Shown in pieces: positions 49,083-59,303 of a DNA stretch of 64,000 bases. The notes below the pieces were generated by a model. That model was not told where the DNA came from. It did not search any database and saw nothing but the letters and a program-made list of their open reading frames with translations. Origin of the DNA: Acaryochloridaceae cyanobacterium VAR_48_metabat_390 (lineage in GTDB: Bacteria > Cyanobacteriota > Cyanobacteriia > Thermosynechococcales > Thermosynechococcaceae); NCBI GenBank assembly GCA_031422435.1, contig JANPLU010000128.1, positions 81,431-145,430 of the forward strand. Reading direction: 5' to 3'. Numbering within the stretch: the stretch's first letter is position 1; each line of letters begins with the position of its first letter. The translations under genes and the position numbers were made by a program.

Positions 49083-49607
49083 TTACGATGCGCCATTCTG
49101 AAGCTGTTGTTTTAGCGCCTCTAAAATAGACCAGCGCTGATCGAGAGAATGCCTTTCCATTTCTGCCGTGGGTTCAAGCACAATCCCAGGGCATTTTGTA
49201 TTACAAAGCTGTCGCTGGGGGAGCGATAAACAAAGCTGCTGATATAACCAGTCTTCCGGATAGAAGTAGCCATTGGGCGGTAGCGTTTCCGTTAGAGCGG
49301 GGTCTTCTAAATCTCCTGTGAAGGTAATGCCTTCAGCCACGTCGTCAAGGACGGCTTCTTGCAGCCAAATCAGCTCTGAGGTTTGGGTTGCCAGCCGATG
49401 GTTGTAGCTTTGTAGACAGCGATCGCACATCAAAGTCACAATCGTTTCTGCCGTTGCTGAAACCTGAAGGTAGTTGCCATGATGCACTACCTTCATTTGA
49501 CCCTGCACAGGCGTTAACGACGCTAAATCCGCCAGAGGGGCATTCACCGAAATATTCTCAGTTTGCTCTGGGGCGCGGGTCAACTGAGGCAAAAAAATAG
49601 GATCCAT
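49083..49607 (-). CDS. YceD/DUF177 family protein
   Basis: CDRCL, QLCLSLP..LC...CPG and DQRW; start at 49607 or 49613. Confidence 0.9.
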   Translation of the reverse strand: MDPIFLPQLTRAPEQTENISVNAPLADLASLTPVQGQMKVVHHGNYLQVSATAETIVTLMCDRCLQSYNHRLATQTSELIWLQEAVLDDVAEGITFTGDLEDPALTETLPPNGYFYPEDWLYQQLCLSLPQRQLCNTKCPGIVLEPTAEMERHSLDQRWSILEALKQQLQNGAS

Positions 49608-49650
49608 GACCATTGATCTTCCGATATTGTCCAGTTGTTCCGCTTTCTTA

Positions 49651-49690
49651 CTCCCCTCTCCCAAAAAGGGAGAGGGGTTGGGGGAGAGGG
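49651..49690. repeat. REP-like dispersed hairpin repeat
   Basis: CTCCCCTCTCCC-AAAAA-GGGAGAGGGG-TTGGGGGAGAGGG. Confidence 0.7.
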
Positions 49691-49694
49691 TCTA

Positions 49695-50216
49695 TTAACT
49701 CGAAGCATCTGGCAGCTTTAGCCCTACCACAAGACATCGCTGAGGCTCTTGACCGCGACTGTAGGTTTGCAAATCTTCGGCCTCACCCAAAATGGTGTGA
49801 ATCAGGCGACGTTCAGCAGGCGGCAGTGGGTTCATCGCCACTTCTAACCCCGTCTCTCTAACCTGAGCTGCTACATCATCCGCCAATTGAGCTAACTGAA
49901 GGTAGCGCTGCTCTCGGTGGCCTAGCATCTCAACCGTGTAGGCCGCCTGAGAAGAAGCATCATGGCCTAAATTTAAGGTTGCATTGACCAGGTACTGAAT
50001 CGCGTCTAGCGCAGCTCCGTTGTTGCCCATTAAGCTCTGTACCTGCCGCTCAGAAAGCTCTTCAGCCTCTAACGTCAGCCAATGCCCACCAAACTGCTTA
50101 AGGCGAGTCTGGGCAGACTGTGGCGGGGTGGTGTCAATGGGCACATCCAGAGAAAAATGGCTGAGTAACGTACTCAACCACTGCTGGGCGGCCTGTGCGG
50201 ATGCATTGTCTGCCAT
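49695..50216 (-). CDS. jag: Jag/KhpB-like RNA-binding protein (KH plus R3H)
   Basis: LDAIQYL, ERRLIH (R3H) and SRGQEPQR; downstream of yidC. Confidence 0.88.
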   Translation of the reverse strand: MADNASAQAAQQWLSTLLSHFSLDVPIDTTPPQSAQTRLKQFGGHWLTLEAEELSERQVQSLMGNNGAALDAIQYLVNATLNLGHDASSQAAYTVEMLGHREQRYLQLAQLADDVAAQVRETGLEVAMNPLPPAERRLIHTILGEAEDLQTYSRGQEPQRCLVVGLKLPDASS

Positions 50217-50234
50217 AGACCTAAAGCCTAAATT

Positions 50235-51452
50235 CTAATTAGACGGTTTTTTCTTAGGACGGTTGGGTTCAAAGGGTAAAGCAGAAACATCTGAGCTGCT
50301 GCCGCTGCTTTTCTTGGTGCGCTTCGCTTCTTCGTCAATAATCTTCTGCAAGTTTTCTGGCAGCGGCTCCCGAGACAAGATAAAGCTCTGAAGCGTTTGA
50401 AATATGTTGGCGATAAGCATGTAAAGCAAAACGCCGCTGGGCAGCGGAATGAATAAAAACATTCCAGAGAAGATGACGGGTAAAAACTTATTGACGGCCT
50501 GCTGCGACTGTTGTGCAGGGGTCTCATCAGCGCCGCCGCCACCACTTTGACCAGAGAGGAGTTGATTCACATAGAGCGAAATCCCAAACCCTAAGACCAA
50601 AAACAAAACGTCCCACCGCACAGCATTGATGTTAAAGCTGCCGTCGCCGACCGGAACGTCTGGGTCAATCACGCCCACATCACCCAGAGCTTTGATAAAC
50701 AAAAAGCCTGTTTTGGATGCAATACCTGGAATAGTGCCCTGAATGGTGGCATCACCAGGCTGGAGCGCAGTCACTTTGCCCGTCTCGTCTACCTTGACGC
50801 GATCTTGCCCCTTTGTGACCTGCCAATGGGGCTGTAGACCAGGGTTAGAATACTCTTTGATCAGTCCGCCGAAAGGCTTACCTGAAGCAGACTGAAAATC
50901 AATGGTAGTTGCGTTGCCGACCGGAATCTTGTTCCCTTCAGGAACCATTGCTAAAACCGGAAAGTGAACGCCATCGGCAACATAGATATTTTGGGGCTTG
51001 GTGATCACTGGAACCACTGGAGCCGCCGCTACCTGCTCGATCTGGTCTTTGGGCACCACCTGAAGATCAACGGTGTAGTTGATGTCAGAAAAAGGTGAAC
51101 CCCGTAAGGTTGCAAACAGCGCAAACAAAATCGGCATCTGAACCACAAGGGGCAAACAGCCCGCTAGAGGGTTGCCAAATTCTTGGATGAGCTTAGCCTG
51201 CTCTTCCTGCATTTTGGTGGGATCGTTCTTGTAGCGCTCCTGGATCTCCTTTTGGCGCTTCTGCATGATGGGCTGCGCCACCTTCATTTTCCGCATGTTG
51301 CGGATTTGTCCAGCGCTCAGCGGATAGAGCGCAAATCGAACCACCAGCGTCAGCGCCACGATCGCCAAACCATAGCTCGGCACGACCCCGTAGAAAAAAT
51401 CTAGGATCGGCAGCATGACGTTACTTGAAAGAAATCCAACCCCAAAATCCAT
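50235..51452 (-). CDS. yidC: membrane protein insertase
   Basis: MDFGVGFLS start, [17 protein letters not shown] and [13 protein letters not shown]. Confidence 0.96.
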   Translation of the reverse strand: MDFGVGFLSSNVMLPILDFFYGVVPSYGLAIVALTLVVRFALYPLSAGQIRNMRKMKVAQPIMQKRQKEIQERYKNDPTKMQEEQAKLIQEFGNPLAGCLPLVVQMPILFALFATLRGSPFSDINYTVDLQVVPKDQIEQVAAAPVVPVITKPQNIYVADGVHFPVLAMVPEGNKIPVGNATTIDFQSASGKPFGGLIKEYSNPGLQPHWQVTKGQDRVKVDETGKVTALQPGDATIQGTIPGIASKTGFLFIKALGDVGVIDPDVPVGDGSFNINAVRWDVLFLVLGFGISLYVNQLLSGQSGGGGADETPAQQSQQAVNKFLPVIFSGMFLFIPLPSGVLLYMLIANIFQTLQSFILSREPLPENLQKIIDEEAKRTKKSSGSSSDVSALPFEPNRPKKKPSN

Positions 51453-51547
51453 TGTGCTTAAAGTTGACCTCTGTACGCTGGCATTAATCTTAAATGTGTC
51501 TGCTTCCCCGCGCCATAGCAACCTAGGAAGCAAAATCTTTCAGTAAA

Positions 51548-51931
51548 TTACGCGGCAGTTGCAACCGGAACTTCGAGTCCGGCTCGCTCTTCGATGTAGG
51601 CAGCAACTTCCCTGAATTTAGGGACGGCCTTCAGCTCTAGCTTACTGCCATCCTTGAGCGTTACCACCATATCGCCCCATAGCCCAATGCCACGAGATAC
51701 AGAGACTACCTTGGCAACTTGAGAATAGACTACATCTGAGCGATCGCGCCCCATCCATCCGCCTGTCACCGTAATGCGACGACTAGTAATGCGATACCGC
51801 AGCCATAGCGCCCGCACGATGGCACCTGACGTAATGGGTAGGCAGATCACGGTTAAACCCAACAGGAGGCCAAAAATTAGCTCTCCAACGTGAGGGCCAC
51901 CCTCAAAATAAACGTCTTCTTTAATCCCCAT
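51548..51931 (-). CDS. bacterial PH domain (bPH_2) membrane protein
   Basis: YFEGGPH, WLRYRITSRR and WGDMV; conserved position between rnpA and yidC. Confidence 0.85.
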   Translation of the reverse strand: MGIKEDVYFEGGPHVGELIFGLLLGLTVICLPITSGAIVRALWLRYRITSRRITVTGGWMGRDRSDVVYSQVAKVVSVSRGIGLWGDMVVTLKDGSKLELKAVPKFREVAAYIEERAGLEVPVATAA

Positions 51932-52283
51932 GGAGTATCTCCGTCTGCGCCAATAACTGTTTCAATTGTTGCAGAAATTCTGGGTAATCGCACTCAAGGG
52001 CATTGGGATAAACCACAATTACCACATCCCAGCCGTTCTCAAGCCCAGGCAGTAGCTGCCTCAGGATTGAGCGCAACTGACGTTTGATTCGATTTCGCAC
52101 CACGGCTCGTTTACTCACCTTGGTGCTAATGGAGATGCCAACACGTAGGGGCTGTAATGCCTGAGGCTGAGCGAGATGCCGATAGGCTCTTAGCCCTAAG
52201 GCAAACCGATTAAGCCGAATCCCTTTTTGGTAGACCGTGGTGAAGTCTTGCCTTGCTTTGAGTCGATTTTGTTTGGGCAGCAT
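51921..52283 (-). CDS. rnpA: ribonuclease P protein component
   Basis: MLPKQNRL and GISISTKVSKRAVVRNRIKR. Confidence 0.96.
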   Translation of the reverse strand: MLPKQNRLKARQDFTTVYQKGIRLNRFALGLRAYRHLAQPQALQPLRVGISISTKVSKRAVVRNRIKRQLRSILRQLLPGLENGWDVVIVVYPNALECDYPEFLQQLKQLLAQTEILHGD

Positions 52284-52316
52284 TGAGATTTATGGCTCAA
52301 CTTGCCCCAATGCGGC

Positions 52317-52454
52317 CTAAACCGCTAAGCGATGGCGACCTTTACGACGACGGGCTTTGATGACGTTTTGACCATTTGTGGTTCTCATGCGGGCGCGAAA
52401 ACCAGAGGTGCGTTTGCGTTTACGGCAGGTGCCGCCAAGGGTACGTTTCGTCAT
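52317..52454 (-). CDS. rpmH: 50S ribosomal protein L34
   Basis: Not in the ORF track; translates [45 protein letters not shown]. Confidence 0.97.
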   Translation of the reverse strand: MTKRTLGGTCRKRKRTSGFRARMRTTNGQNVIKARRRKGRHRLAV

Positions 52455-52725
52455 AATCTATGTTTAGAATGCAGTGCGGAACTGGCCTTCTCGAAAAAAG
52501 ACCTGAGTTACATAGTGTACGATCTTACGGCTTACCTATGCTAGGTTTTGATGGAAATGGGTTAGGCGATCGCCAAATCACCGAGGTTTGAGCGCTAAAA
52601 ATTCTTTTCTATGTGGATCTTTTAAGGAAAACTCCCTTCATTTCCAGAGATGAATCCTCTAAGATGAGCCATGCGATTTGTGCTATTGCCGTGGCCGCTG
52701 TCGCTGCCGCTATTTGAGGTCAATT

Positions 52726-54108
52726 GTGGAAACTTCCGTTGAAAGTCTCTGGAATCAAGTCTTAGAGCGTCTGCAGCTTCAGCTCAGCCGACCAACTTTT
52801 GAGACTTGGATTAAAACGGCAAACGCAGAAAGGCTTGAAGATGGACGTTTGGTGATTCAAACGCCGAACCCGTTTGCGCGCAATTGGCTCCAGAAGTACT
52901 ATCTCAAAACGATTTCTGAGGTGGTTCAGGAGATTCTGGGGTACGCGGTCGAAATTCACATTGAAGTGCATCAAGAAGAAAGTGAAATGGGTTCGGGGCT
53001 ATCGGAGCCAGTAATGGCGGCTTCTGCACCTAGCCCCTCGCAGTCTAATGGTTCTGATACTGGAGGGCAGCGATCGCGCGGCAGTGCCTTAAACCCCAAG
53101 TATGCTTTTTCGCGGTACGTCGTAGGGCCGAACAATCGGATGGCTCATGCTGCGTGTCTAGCGGTAGCAGAATCGCCCGGACGGGAGTTTAACCCGCTAT
53201 TTTTGTGTGGGGGAGTTGGGTTAGGCAAAACCCATCTAATGCAGGCGATCGGGCATTATCGCCTTGAAATTCAGCCCAACTCTAAGATTTTTTATGTCTC
53301 TACCGAGCAGTTTACCAATGACCTCATTGCGGCAATCCGCAAAGATGGAATGCAGGCATTTAGAGAGCATTACCGTGCAGTAGACGTAATGCTGGTGGAC
53401 GATATTCAGTTTATTGAAGGCAAGGAATACACCCAGGAAGAATTTTTTCATACCTTTAATACGCTCCACGAGGCGGGTAAGCAGGTGGTGCTGGCTTCAG
53501 ATCGCCCTCCGAGCCAAATTCCTCGGCTTCAGGAGCGACTCTGCTCTCGATTTTCGATGGGGCTGATTGCGGATATTCAGCCGCCGGATCTCGAAACGCG
53601 GATGGCAATTTTGCAAAAAAAGGCCGAGTACGAAAATATTCGGTTGCCCCGTGAAGTGATTGAGTACATTGCGTCTTCTTACACTTCTAACATTCGAGAA
53701 CTGGAGGGGGCATTAATTCGGGCGGTGGCCTACATCTCCATTTCGGGGTTGCCGATGACAGTGGAAAATATTGCGCCTGTGCTAACGCCAACCTCGGCCA
53801 AATTGACGGCCTCACCTCAGATGATTATTAAAGCCGTAGCGGAGACGTTTAGCATTTCGATTGAAGATCTAAAGGGGAGTTCTCGACGGCGCGATATCAG
53901 CACAGCGCGTCAGGTGGCAATGTTTCTGATGCGTCAGCATACGGCTCTAAGCCTGCCTAAAATTGGAGAAGAGTTTGGCGGCAAAGACCATACGACGGTG
54001 TTATATAGCTGTGAGAAGGTGGGCGACCTGCAAAAGACCGATCCTGCGCTGGCCCAGAATCTGCGGCTGTTACGCGATCGCCTTGCCAATGCTCAAGCTC
54101 AGAATTAA
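52726..54108 (+). CDS. dnaA: chromosomal replication initiator
   Basis: [21 protein letters not shown] and [11 protein letters not shown] at 52726 preferred as start. Confidence 0.98.
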   Translation: METSVESLWNQVLERLQLQLSRPTFETWIKTANAERLEDGRLVIQTPNPFARNWLQKYYLKTISEVVQEILGYAVEIHIEVHQEESEMGSGLSEPVMAASAPSPSQSNGSDTGGQRSRGSALNPKYAFSRYVVGPNNRMAHAACLAVAESPGREFNPLFLCGGVGLGKTHLMQAIGHYRLEIQPNSKIFYVSTEQFTNDLIAAIRKDGMQAFREHYRAVDVMLVDDIQFIEGKEYTQEEFFHTFNTLHEAGKQVVLASDRPPSQIPRLQERLCSRFSMGLIADIQPPDLETRMAILQKKAEYENIRLPREVIEYIASSYTSNIRELEGALIRAVAYISISGLPMTVENIAPVLTPTSAKLTASPQMIIKAVAETFSISIEDLKGSSRRRDISTARQVAMFLMRQHTALSLPKIGEEFGGKDHTTVLYSCEKVGDLQKTDPALAQNLRLLRDRLANAQAQN

Positions 54109-54159
54109 GACGCTCCAGATTCTTCAGCAGTAGAGCTGAGCAGTTTCTGAAGCACGACT

Positions 54160-55269
54160 CTAGAAAACCACCAAATTATCGCGGTGAACCACTGTTTCAG
54201 CGCCAGCATAGCCCAACAGCGCCGGAATTTCTTCAGAATGGTGTCCCCGAATCTGCTCTAGTTCAGCACTACTGTAATTTACCAACCCACGCGCAATTTC
54301 TTGACCGGCCTCATCGCAGAGGCGTACAGGCTCTTGCCCTTCAAACTCACCCGCCACCTTCAAAATTCCCGCAGCCAATAAAGATTTCCCCTGAGCCAAA
54401 ATCGCCCTGACTGCTCCAGCATCCAACACTAAATCCCCAACTGGGAGAAGGGTATGGGCAATCCAGTGCTTACGGGCATTGATAGGTTCTGGGTGGGGTA
54501 AAAACTGAGTGCCGATGGGTTCCCCTGCCACAATACGAGCAATATTTTCGGGGTGCTGACCTCTCATAATCACCGTGCGTACTCCTGCATCCGTGGCGAT
54601 CGCCGCTGCCGAAATTTTGGTCGCCATGCCACCTGTGCCCCAGCGAGATCCGCGATCGCCTGCCTGCACCTGAAGCGTCACTAAATCTTCCATCTTTTCG
54701 ATGATGGCAATGGGCTTTGCCAAAGGATCGGTACGGGGATCGGCAGAATAAAGGGAATCTACATCCGTCAGCAAAAAGAGCCAGTCGGCATGAACCAAGC
54801 TCGCCACGAGTGCCGAAAGCGTGTCATTGTCGCCAAACTTCAGCTCATCCACAGCCACCGTATCATTCTCATTCACAATAGGGATCACCCCCAGATTCAG
54901 CAGCTCCTGAAAAGTGTTGTAGGCGTTGAGATAGCGACTGCGATCGGCTAAATCCCCTCGGGTTAGAAGCACTTGGGCAATGGGCTGCTGCACCACGCTA
55001 AAAAAATCGTCATAAATTCGCATGAGGCGACCCTGACCCACCGCCGCCACTGCCTGCTTTAGCGCCATCTTCCGAGGCCGCTCTAATAGCTTCAGACGAG
55101 CGCAGCCTACCCCCACTGCACCAGAAGAAACCAGCACGACCTGGAATCCGCGCTGTCGCAATTGACTCAACTGCTCCACGAGTGCCGCAATGGTTGCTAG
55201 CGCTAAATGCCCCGTGTCTGGCTGCGTAAGGCTAGAAGTCCCAATTTTGACAACAATCGTCTGACCCAT
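54160..55269 (-). CDS. proB: glutamate 5-kinase with PUA domain
   Basis: [22 protein letters not shown] and GTGGMATK. Confidence 0.97.
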   Translation of the reverse strand: MGQTIVVKIGTSSLTQPDTGHLALATIAALVEQLSQLRQRGFQVVLVSSGAVGVGCARLKLLERPRKMALKQAVAAVGQGRLMRIYDDFFSVVQQPIAQVLLTRGDLADRSRYLNAYNTFQELLNLGVIPIVNENDTVAVDELKFGDNDTLSALVASLVHADWLFLLTDVDSLYSADPRTDPLAKPIAIIEKMEDLVTLQVQAGDRGSRWGTGGMATKISAAAIATDAGVRTVIMRGQHPENIARIVAGEPIGTQFLPHPEPINARKHWIAHTLLPVGDLVLDAGAVRAILAQGKSLLAAGILKVAGEFEGQEPVRLCDEAGQEIARGLVNYSSAELEQIRGHHSEEIPALLGYAGAETVVHRDNLVVF

Positions 55270-55355
55270 GTTTGCTTTGTCCCTACCCACAGCTTTGCCA
55301 GCAAAGGAGTCTCTAGATTTTTACACTATTCAATTTTGCACTATTCAATACAGCA

Positions 55356-55391
55356 ATAGGCCAACCCTTAACGACATAAGGATTGGCCTAT
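55356..55391. terminator. hairpin between the yqeG-like gene and proB
   Basis: ATAGGCCAACCCTTA-acgaca-TAAGGATTGGCCTAT. Confidence 0.55.
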
Positions 55392-55573
55392 CACAGAAAT
55401 ATTTTAGTTAGCTATAGTTAGAGCCTTTATTTAGCTGGCTCCATTTCAATAAGTATATTTTGCCAAACTTTTTTGAAAATCTCACAACCCATAATGTTTT
55501 TTTTAGATTTGATCCCCATTATTCTGAATGCTGATTCTAACGACACGGGATCACCACTGAGTATGGCTGTGAG

Positions 55574-56101
55574 CTACAGCTTAAAGGTAGCGCTCAACAC
55601 TTTAGAAAGCCATAGCTCAAAAGAGCGAAGCCAGCTAATGCGCCTACGGCTGCTTCTGGGATCTATCATGGGTTCTACCAGAACGGTAAACATGCCCAGA
55701 CGGTTGCCGACCAAGACATCGGTGAAGAGGCGATCGCCCACCATGCCGACCTCATGAAGCGGCAGATTCATTTCATTGACGGCCTGCCGCACCTTTTTGC
55801 GAGAAGGCTTACGAGCGCCAAAAATATAGGGCAGCTCCAGCACCCCCGCCACTCGGCGAATACGGGTGTGGCTCAAATTATTGCTAACAAGGGTAACATT
55901 GACCACCTGCTTAATTTCTGTCATCCATACCTTGACTTCTTCTGGCACGATAGCAGAACGAGTCGAGATCAGGGTGTCATCGACATCCAGCACCAACCCT
56001 CTGATGCCGTGAGTTTTTAGCATCGCTGGGGTCAACGCTAAAATCGATCCTGACAGAGTCAGATTGGGTTCAAGCAGCGAAACCGCAGCGCGTGGAAGCA
56101 T
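55574..56101 (-). CDS. YqeG family HAD IIIA phosphatase
   Basis: LDVDDTL, SNN, ARKP and VGDRLFTDVLVGNRLG. Confidence 0.93.
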   Translation of the reverse strand: MLPRAAVSLLEPNLTLSGSILALTPAMLKTHGIRGLVLDVDDTLISTRSAIVPEEVKVWMTEIKQVVNVTLVSNNLSHTRIRRVAGVLELPYIFGARKPSRKKVRQAVNEMNLPLHEVGMVGDRLFTDVLVGNRLGMFTVLVEPMIDPRSSRRRISWLRSFELWLSKVLSATFKL

Positions 56102-56170
56102 TAACGATTACCTATTGCATTGATTAATTTTACACAGGTGTCGAGTATACCCAGCATCGGTTTATTCACG

Positions 56171-57259
56171 CTAGGGCTTACTGGGTTGCTTAGCGTCCTG
56201 CTGGTCACGAATTGTAACCTGTGCGCGTTCGTGGTCGCCAAGGGTTTTGCTAAAGACGTGGGTGCCATCATAGCGAGCCACAAAGTACAGATACTGCGTC
56301 TGTTCCGGTTCCAACACGGCTTTAAGGCTGGCAAGACCTGGGCTAGCAATGGGCGTTGGGGGCAAACCTGAATTGATATAGGTATTGTAAGGCGACGGCT
56401 GCTTTACCTGACTAAACGTGAGCGGTTTGTCCTGGGTTTGTCGAATGCCTAAACCATACTCCACTGTGGGGTCAGAACCCAAGGTCATTTCTGTGCGCAG
56501 CCGATTCCAAAATACCCCTGCAATGAGAGGGCGCTCTTTGGCAACGACAGCCTCTTTTTCGACAATGCTGCTTAATGTAACCCAGTCGTTGAGACTGAGA
56601 TCGGTAAGTCCCTGACGCTTTTGGTAAAGCGGTAGCGCCTGTGTTTCAAAATGCTTGAGCATGGTGTTGAGAACGGCGTTGGGCGATCGCCCTTCCACGG
56701 GCACCTGATAGGTATCAGGGAACAAAAACCCCTCCAGCATAGGGAGATTTTCGGGCAGCCACGCAAAGCGATCGCGGGGGATTTGCTGAGTGGCCTTTAG
56801 AAAGGCATCCGCAGAAAACCAGCCTTCTTTTTCAAAATAGGCCGCCATTTCTTTAAGCGACCAGCCTTCAGGAATAGTAAATGTAGCCTGCTTCACCTGC
56901 CCTGTCCAAATTGTTTTGGCAAGATCGTCTAGAGAAGATTGTGCCGATAGCTCATAAGTCCCCGTCTGGAAACTGCCCTGACCTTGTTTAGCAGCGGCTA
57001 GCCTTGCCCAAATCTTCCAGGCCATCACAGAACGAATCAGACCAGTCTGCTGAAGCTGCTGCCCAATGGAGTCAGCAGACGCGCCTTCGAGCACCTGAAT
57101 GGTGACAACCCCAGTTCGACTGCGAGTTGGCGCAGTTGCATTTGCCCACCACAGCCAGCTCAGCCCTGTACTAATGCCTAGCACCAGCACGAGGGCTGAT
57201 GCACCCAACAGCAGCCGAGGGACACCTTGTTTCGTCAGTTTCACCTGTCTATCACCCAA
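56171..57259 (-). CDS. mltG: endolytic transglycosylase
   Basis: TIPEG, LEGFLFPDTY, SIVEKE and SPYNTY...GLPPTPI. Confidence 0.95.
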   Translation of the reverse strand: MGDRQVKLTKQGVPRLLLGASALVLVLGISTGLSWLWWANATAPTRSRTGVVTIQVLEGASADSIGQQLQQTGLIRSVMAWKIWARLAAAKQGQGSFQTGTYELSAQSSLDDLAKTIWTGQVKQATFTIPEGWSLKEMAAYFEKEGWFSADAFLKATQQIPRDRFAWLPENLPMLEGFLFPDTYQVPVEGRSPNAVLNTMLKHFETQALPLYQKRQGLTDLSLNDWVTLSSIVEKEAVVAKERPLIAGVFWNRLRTEMTLGSDPTVEYGLGIRQTQDKPLTFSQVKQPSPYNTYINSGLPPTPIASPGLASLKAVLEPEQTQYLYFVARYDGTHVFSKTLGDHERAQVTIRDQQDAKQPSKP

Positions 57260-57272
57260 AGCGCTTTAGAGC

Positions 57273-57860
57273 CTACTCCATTTCTTCAAATAAATGCTCT
57301 TCAAAGTAGGGCTGGAGCTTGGGCTGAATAGCCTGAAACTCTTCAGGAGAGAGTAATTGAGGTTTTTCTCCATCCTTTAGCCGCACGACAAACAGCACCG
57401 GATCAATTGGCGTGTAGATTGCGTACTCCTGCTCTTCGTGGAAGAAGGTCGCCAAGAGCTGGTACTCTTCTTGATCGCTGCCTGCGACCCCAGACTCTTC
57501 TACCTCTAAAGTCAGCAGCTCGTCTTCATCTACTTCTGGCAAATCGCCCTCGACGGTCAAAGACAGTGCCGTGCGCTTGAGCTTTAGGTTTTGCTCCGCC
57601 AGCACTGCCTGTGCCGTCGAAAAAATTTCGTTGAGTTCGGCATCTTCAACGGGGACGAGGGTTTCTTCTTCGTCTTCCTCGTCTGTTGTACCTTCCTCTG
57701 TCTCTTCGGATGCAACCCAAGCAAAAATGTCGATGGGGTAATCTACGGGGTTGACAAGGGCATACTCTTCTCCCTCCACGTCAACCGATAGCTCTATGTA
57801 GCAAAGCAATGAACGCCCTGCTTCATCCGATAGGGTAATGGTAGGCCCCTCAAGTTCCAT
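57273..57860 (-). CDS. DUF3727/DUF1292 acidic protein
   Basis: GRSLLCYIE, LKRTALSLTVEG and YAIYTPIDP; between ruvX and mltG. Confidence 0.85.
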   Translation of the reverse strand: MELEGPTITLSDEAGRSLLCYIELSVDVEGEEYALVNPVDYPIDIFAWVASEETEEGTTDEEDEEETLVPVEDAELNEIFSTAQAVLAEQNLKLKRTALSLTVEGDLPEVDEDELLTLEVEESGVAGSDQEEYQLLATFFHEEQEYAIYTPIDPVLFVVRLKDGEKPQLLSPEEFQAIQPKLQPYFEEHLFEEME

Positions 57861-57893
57861 GCTGTATTCCTCTATACATCCGACCCTATACCG

Positions 57894-58379
57894 TTAACTA
57901 TCCGCTAGTTTAGAGGGTAATGGCGTATCTTCACGATTTTCTATTGTCTCACGAGAGCGGGTGGTTTGCCTTCGTAAATCGAGCCACTGCTGCAAAATAA
58001 TGCAGGCGGCTTTTCGGTCCACTAGCTCACGGTTACGGGAAGGGCTAATACGCTGAGCATGCATCATAGATTCCGCTTCGTAGGAGGTGAGCCGTTCGTC
58101 CATGTACTCCATCGGCAGTTGGAGAGCGTGACAGATTCGCCGCGCTAGCTTTTGGGTGCGTTTGGCCTGGGTGCCGATCTCGCCGTTCATAGAGTAGGGC
58201 AGCCCCATGACCAGCAGCGTTACTTCCCGCTCGTAAGTGAGCTGCCGCAGTTGGGCAATGTCGTTGTCGAAGGTGGTGCGGTGGATGGTGGTGAGTCCGG
58301 TGGCAATAAGTCCGGTGCGATCGCACCCCGCTACCCCAATCCGCCGATGGCCTAAATCTAGCCCCAGAGCAGAAATCAC
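57894..58379 (-). CDS. ruvX: YqgF/RuvX pre-16S rRNA nuclease / resolvase-like protein
   Basis: LGLDLGHRRIGVA, GLPY, DERLTS and DRKAACIILQ. Confidence 0.93.
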   Translation of the reverse strand: MISALGLDLGHRRIGVAGCDRTGLIATGLTTIHRTTFDNDIAQLRQLTYEREVTLLVMGLPYSMNGEIGTQAKRTQKLARRICHALQLPMEYMDERLTSYEAESMMHAQRISPSRNRELVDRKAACIILQQWLDLRRQTTRSRETIENREDTPLPSKLADS

Positions 58380-59272
58380 AGGTACAGTTCTCCTCGTAAC
58401 ACTGTGATCGCCTGTCCGCCTAGCTTGGGCGTGTCACCATCTAGCTCAATCAGCAGCCGACCAGGGCGGTTGAGGCAGTCTCCCTGCTCAAAGCGCCACA
58501 GATTGCGTTTAGAGTCTTTAGATTTTCCGGATTGACGCAGCAGCAACGCCAATGGGCCACTGACTGAACCCGTTACAGGGTCTTCGGGGATGCCAGACTG
58601 CGGTGCAAAAAAGCGGATGTGAACGTCGCTGTCTGGCTCAACGGTTTCGCGGGTATATACGCCAATTCCGCGCCAGTTTTGGGCTTTGCCTAGCGTTGTA
58701 AGATCCGCCATATCAGGACTAAGTGCCTGAAGCTGATGAAGATGAGACACAGGCACTAATACATCTTGATTCAGCGAATCCACAACGGGTGCTATGAGAG
58801 GTTCATTGGGCAATCCCAAGACGGCGATGAGCTGCTGAGTGAGGGCTGAGGTGATTGGCTCAAACTGGCATTCTGGTAAGGTCAGCCAGATCCAGGGGCG
58901 ATCTTTTTTATAGTCCACCGTTACTTTCAAAACACCGCTGCGGGTTTCGATGTACAACATTCCGGTGACGCCGGGATGCAGGTTAAAGCGACCTTCTTGG
59001 GCAAGGGCGTGAAGGGTTGCAATGGTCGCATGACCGCACAGATTCACTTCCTGTGTTGGGGTAAACCAGCGCAAACGAAAATCGGCTTCAGGCGCAGCGG
59101 GCTGAAGCACGAAGGCCGTTTCAGAACAGTTCACCTCACGGGCTATCTGCTGCATTTGAGCGTCTGATAGCCCATCGGCTTGGGGCACTACCACCGCAGG
59201 GTTGCCGCAAAAAAGGCGATCGCAAAAGGCGTCGATCCAGTAAACTGTAAGAGCATTATCCACAAAAGCCAT
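58376..59272 (-). CDS. PhzF family isomerase
   Basis: DAF...GNPA, SETAFV, RWFTPTQEVNLCGHAT and EDPVTGS. Confidence 0.92.
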   Translation of the reverse strand: MAFVDNALTVYWIDAFCDRLFCGNPAVVVPQADGLSDAQMQQIAREVNCSETAFVLQPAAPEADFRLRWFTPTQEVNLCGHATIATLHALAQEGRFNLHPGVTGMLYIETRSGVLKVTVDYKKDRPWIWLTLPECQFEPITSALTQQLIAVLGLPNEPLIAPVVDSLNQDVLVPVSHLHQLQALSPDMADLTTLGKAQNWRGIGVYTRETVEPDSDVHIRFFAPQSGIPEDPVTGSVSGPLALLLRQSGKSKDSKRNLWRFEQGDCLNRPGRLLIELDGDTPKLGGQAITVLRGELYL

Positions 59273-59303
59273 GAGGATCTGGGCTACACAAACACGACTG
59301 CTT

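Noticed and set aside
52332..52544. 70-aa plus-strand ORF
   Set aside because: Antisense to rpmH
55324..55349. CACTATTCAAT direct repeat upstream of proB
   Set aside because: Only two copies in AT-rich DNA; cannot be assigned to a regulator from sequence alone
55427..55519. 30-aa minus-strand ORF (MGIKSKKNIMG...) ahead of a hairpin upstream of proB, as a possible leader peptide
   Set aside because: AT-rich, no Pro- or Glu-codon run that would suggest attenuation, and no recognisable motif
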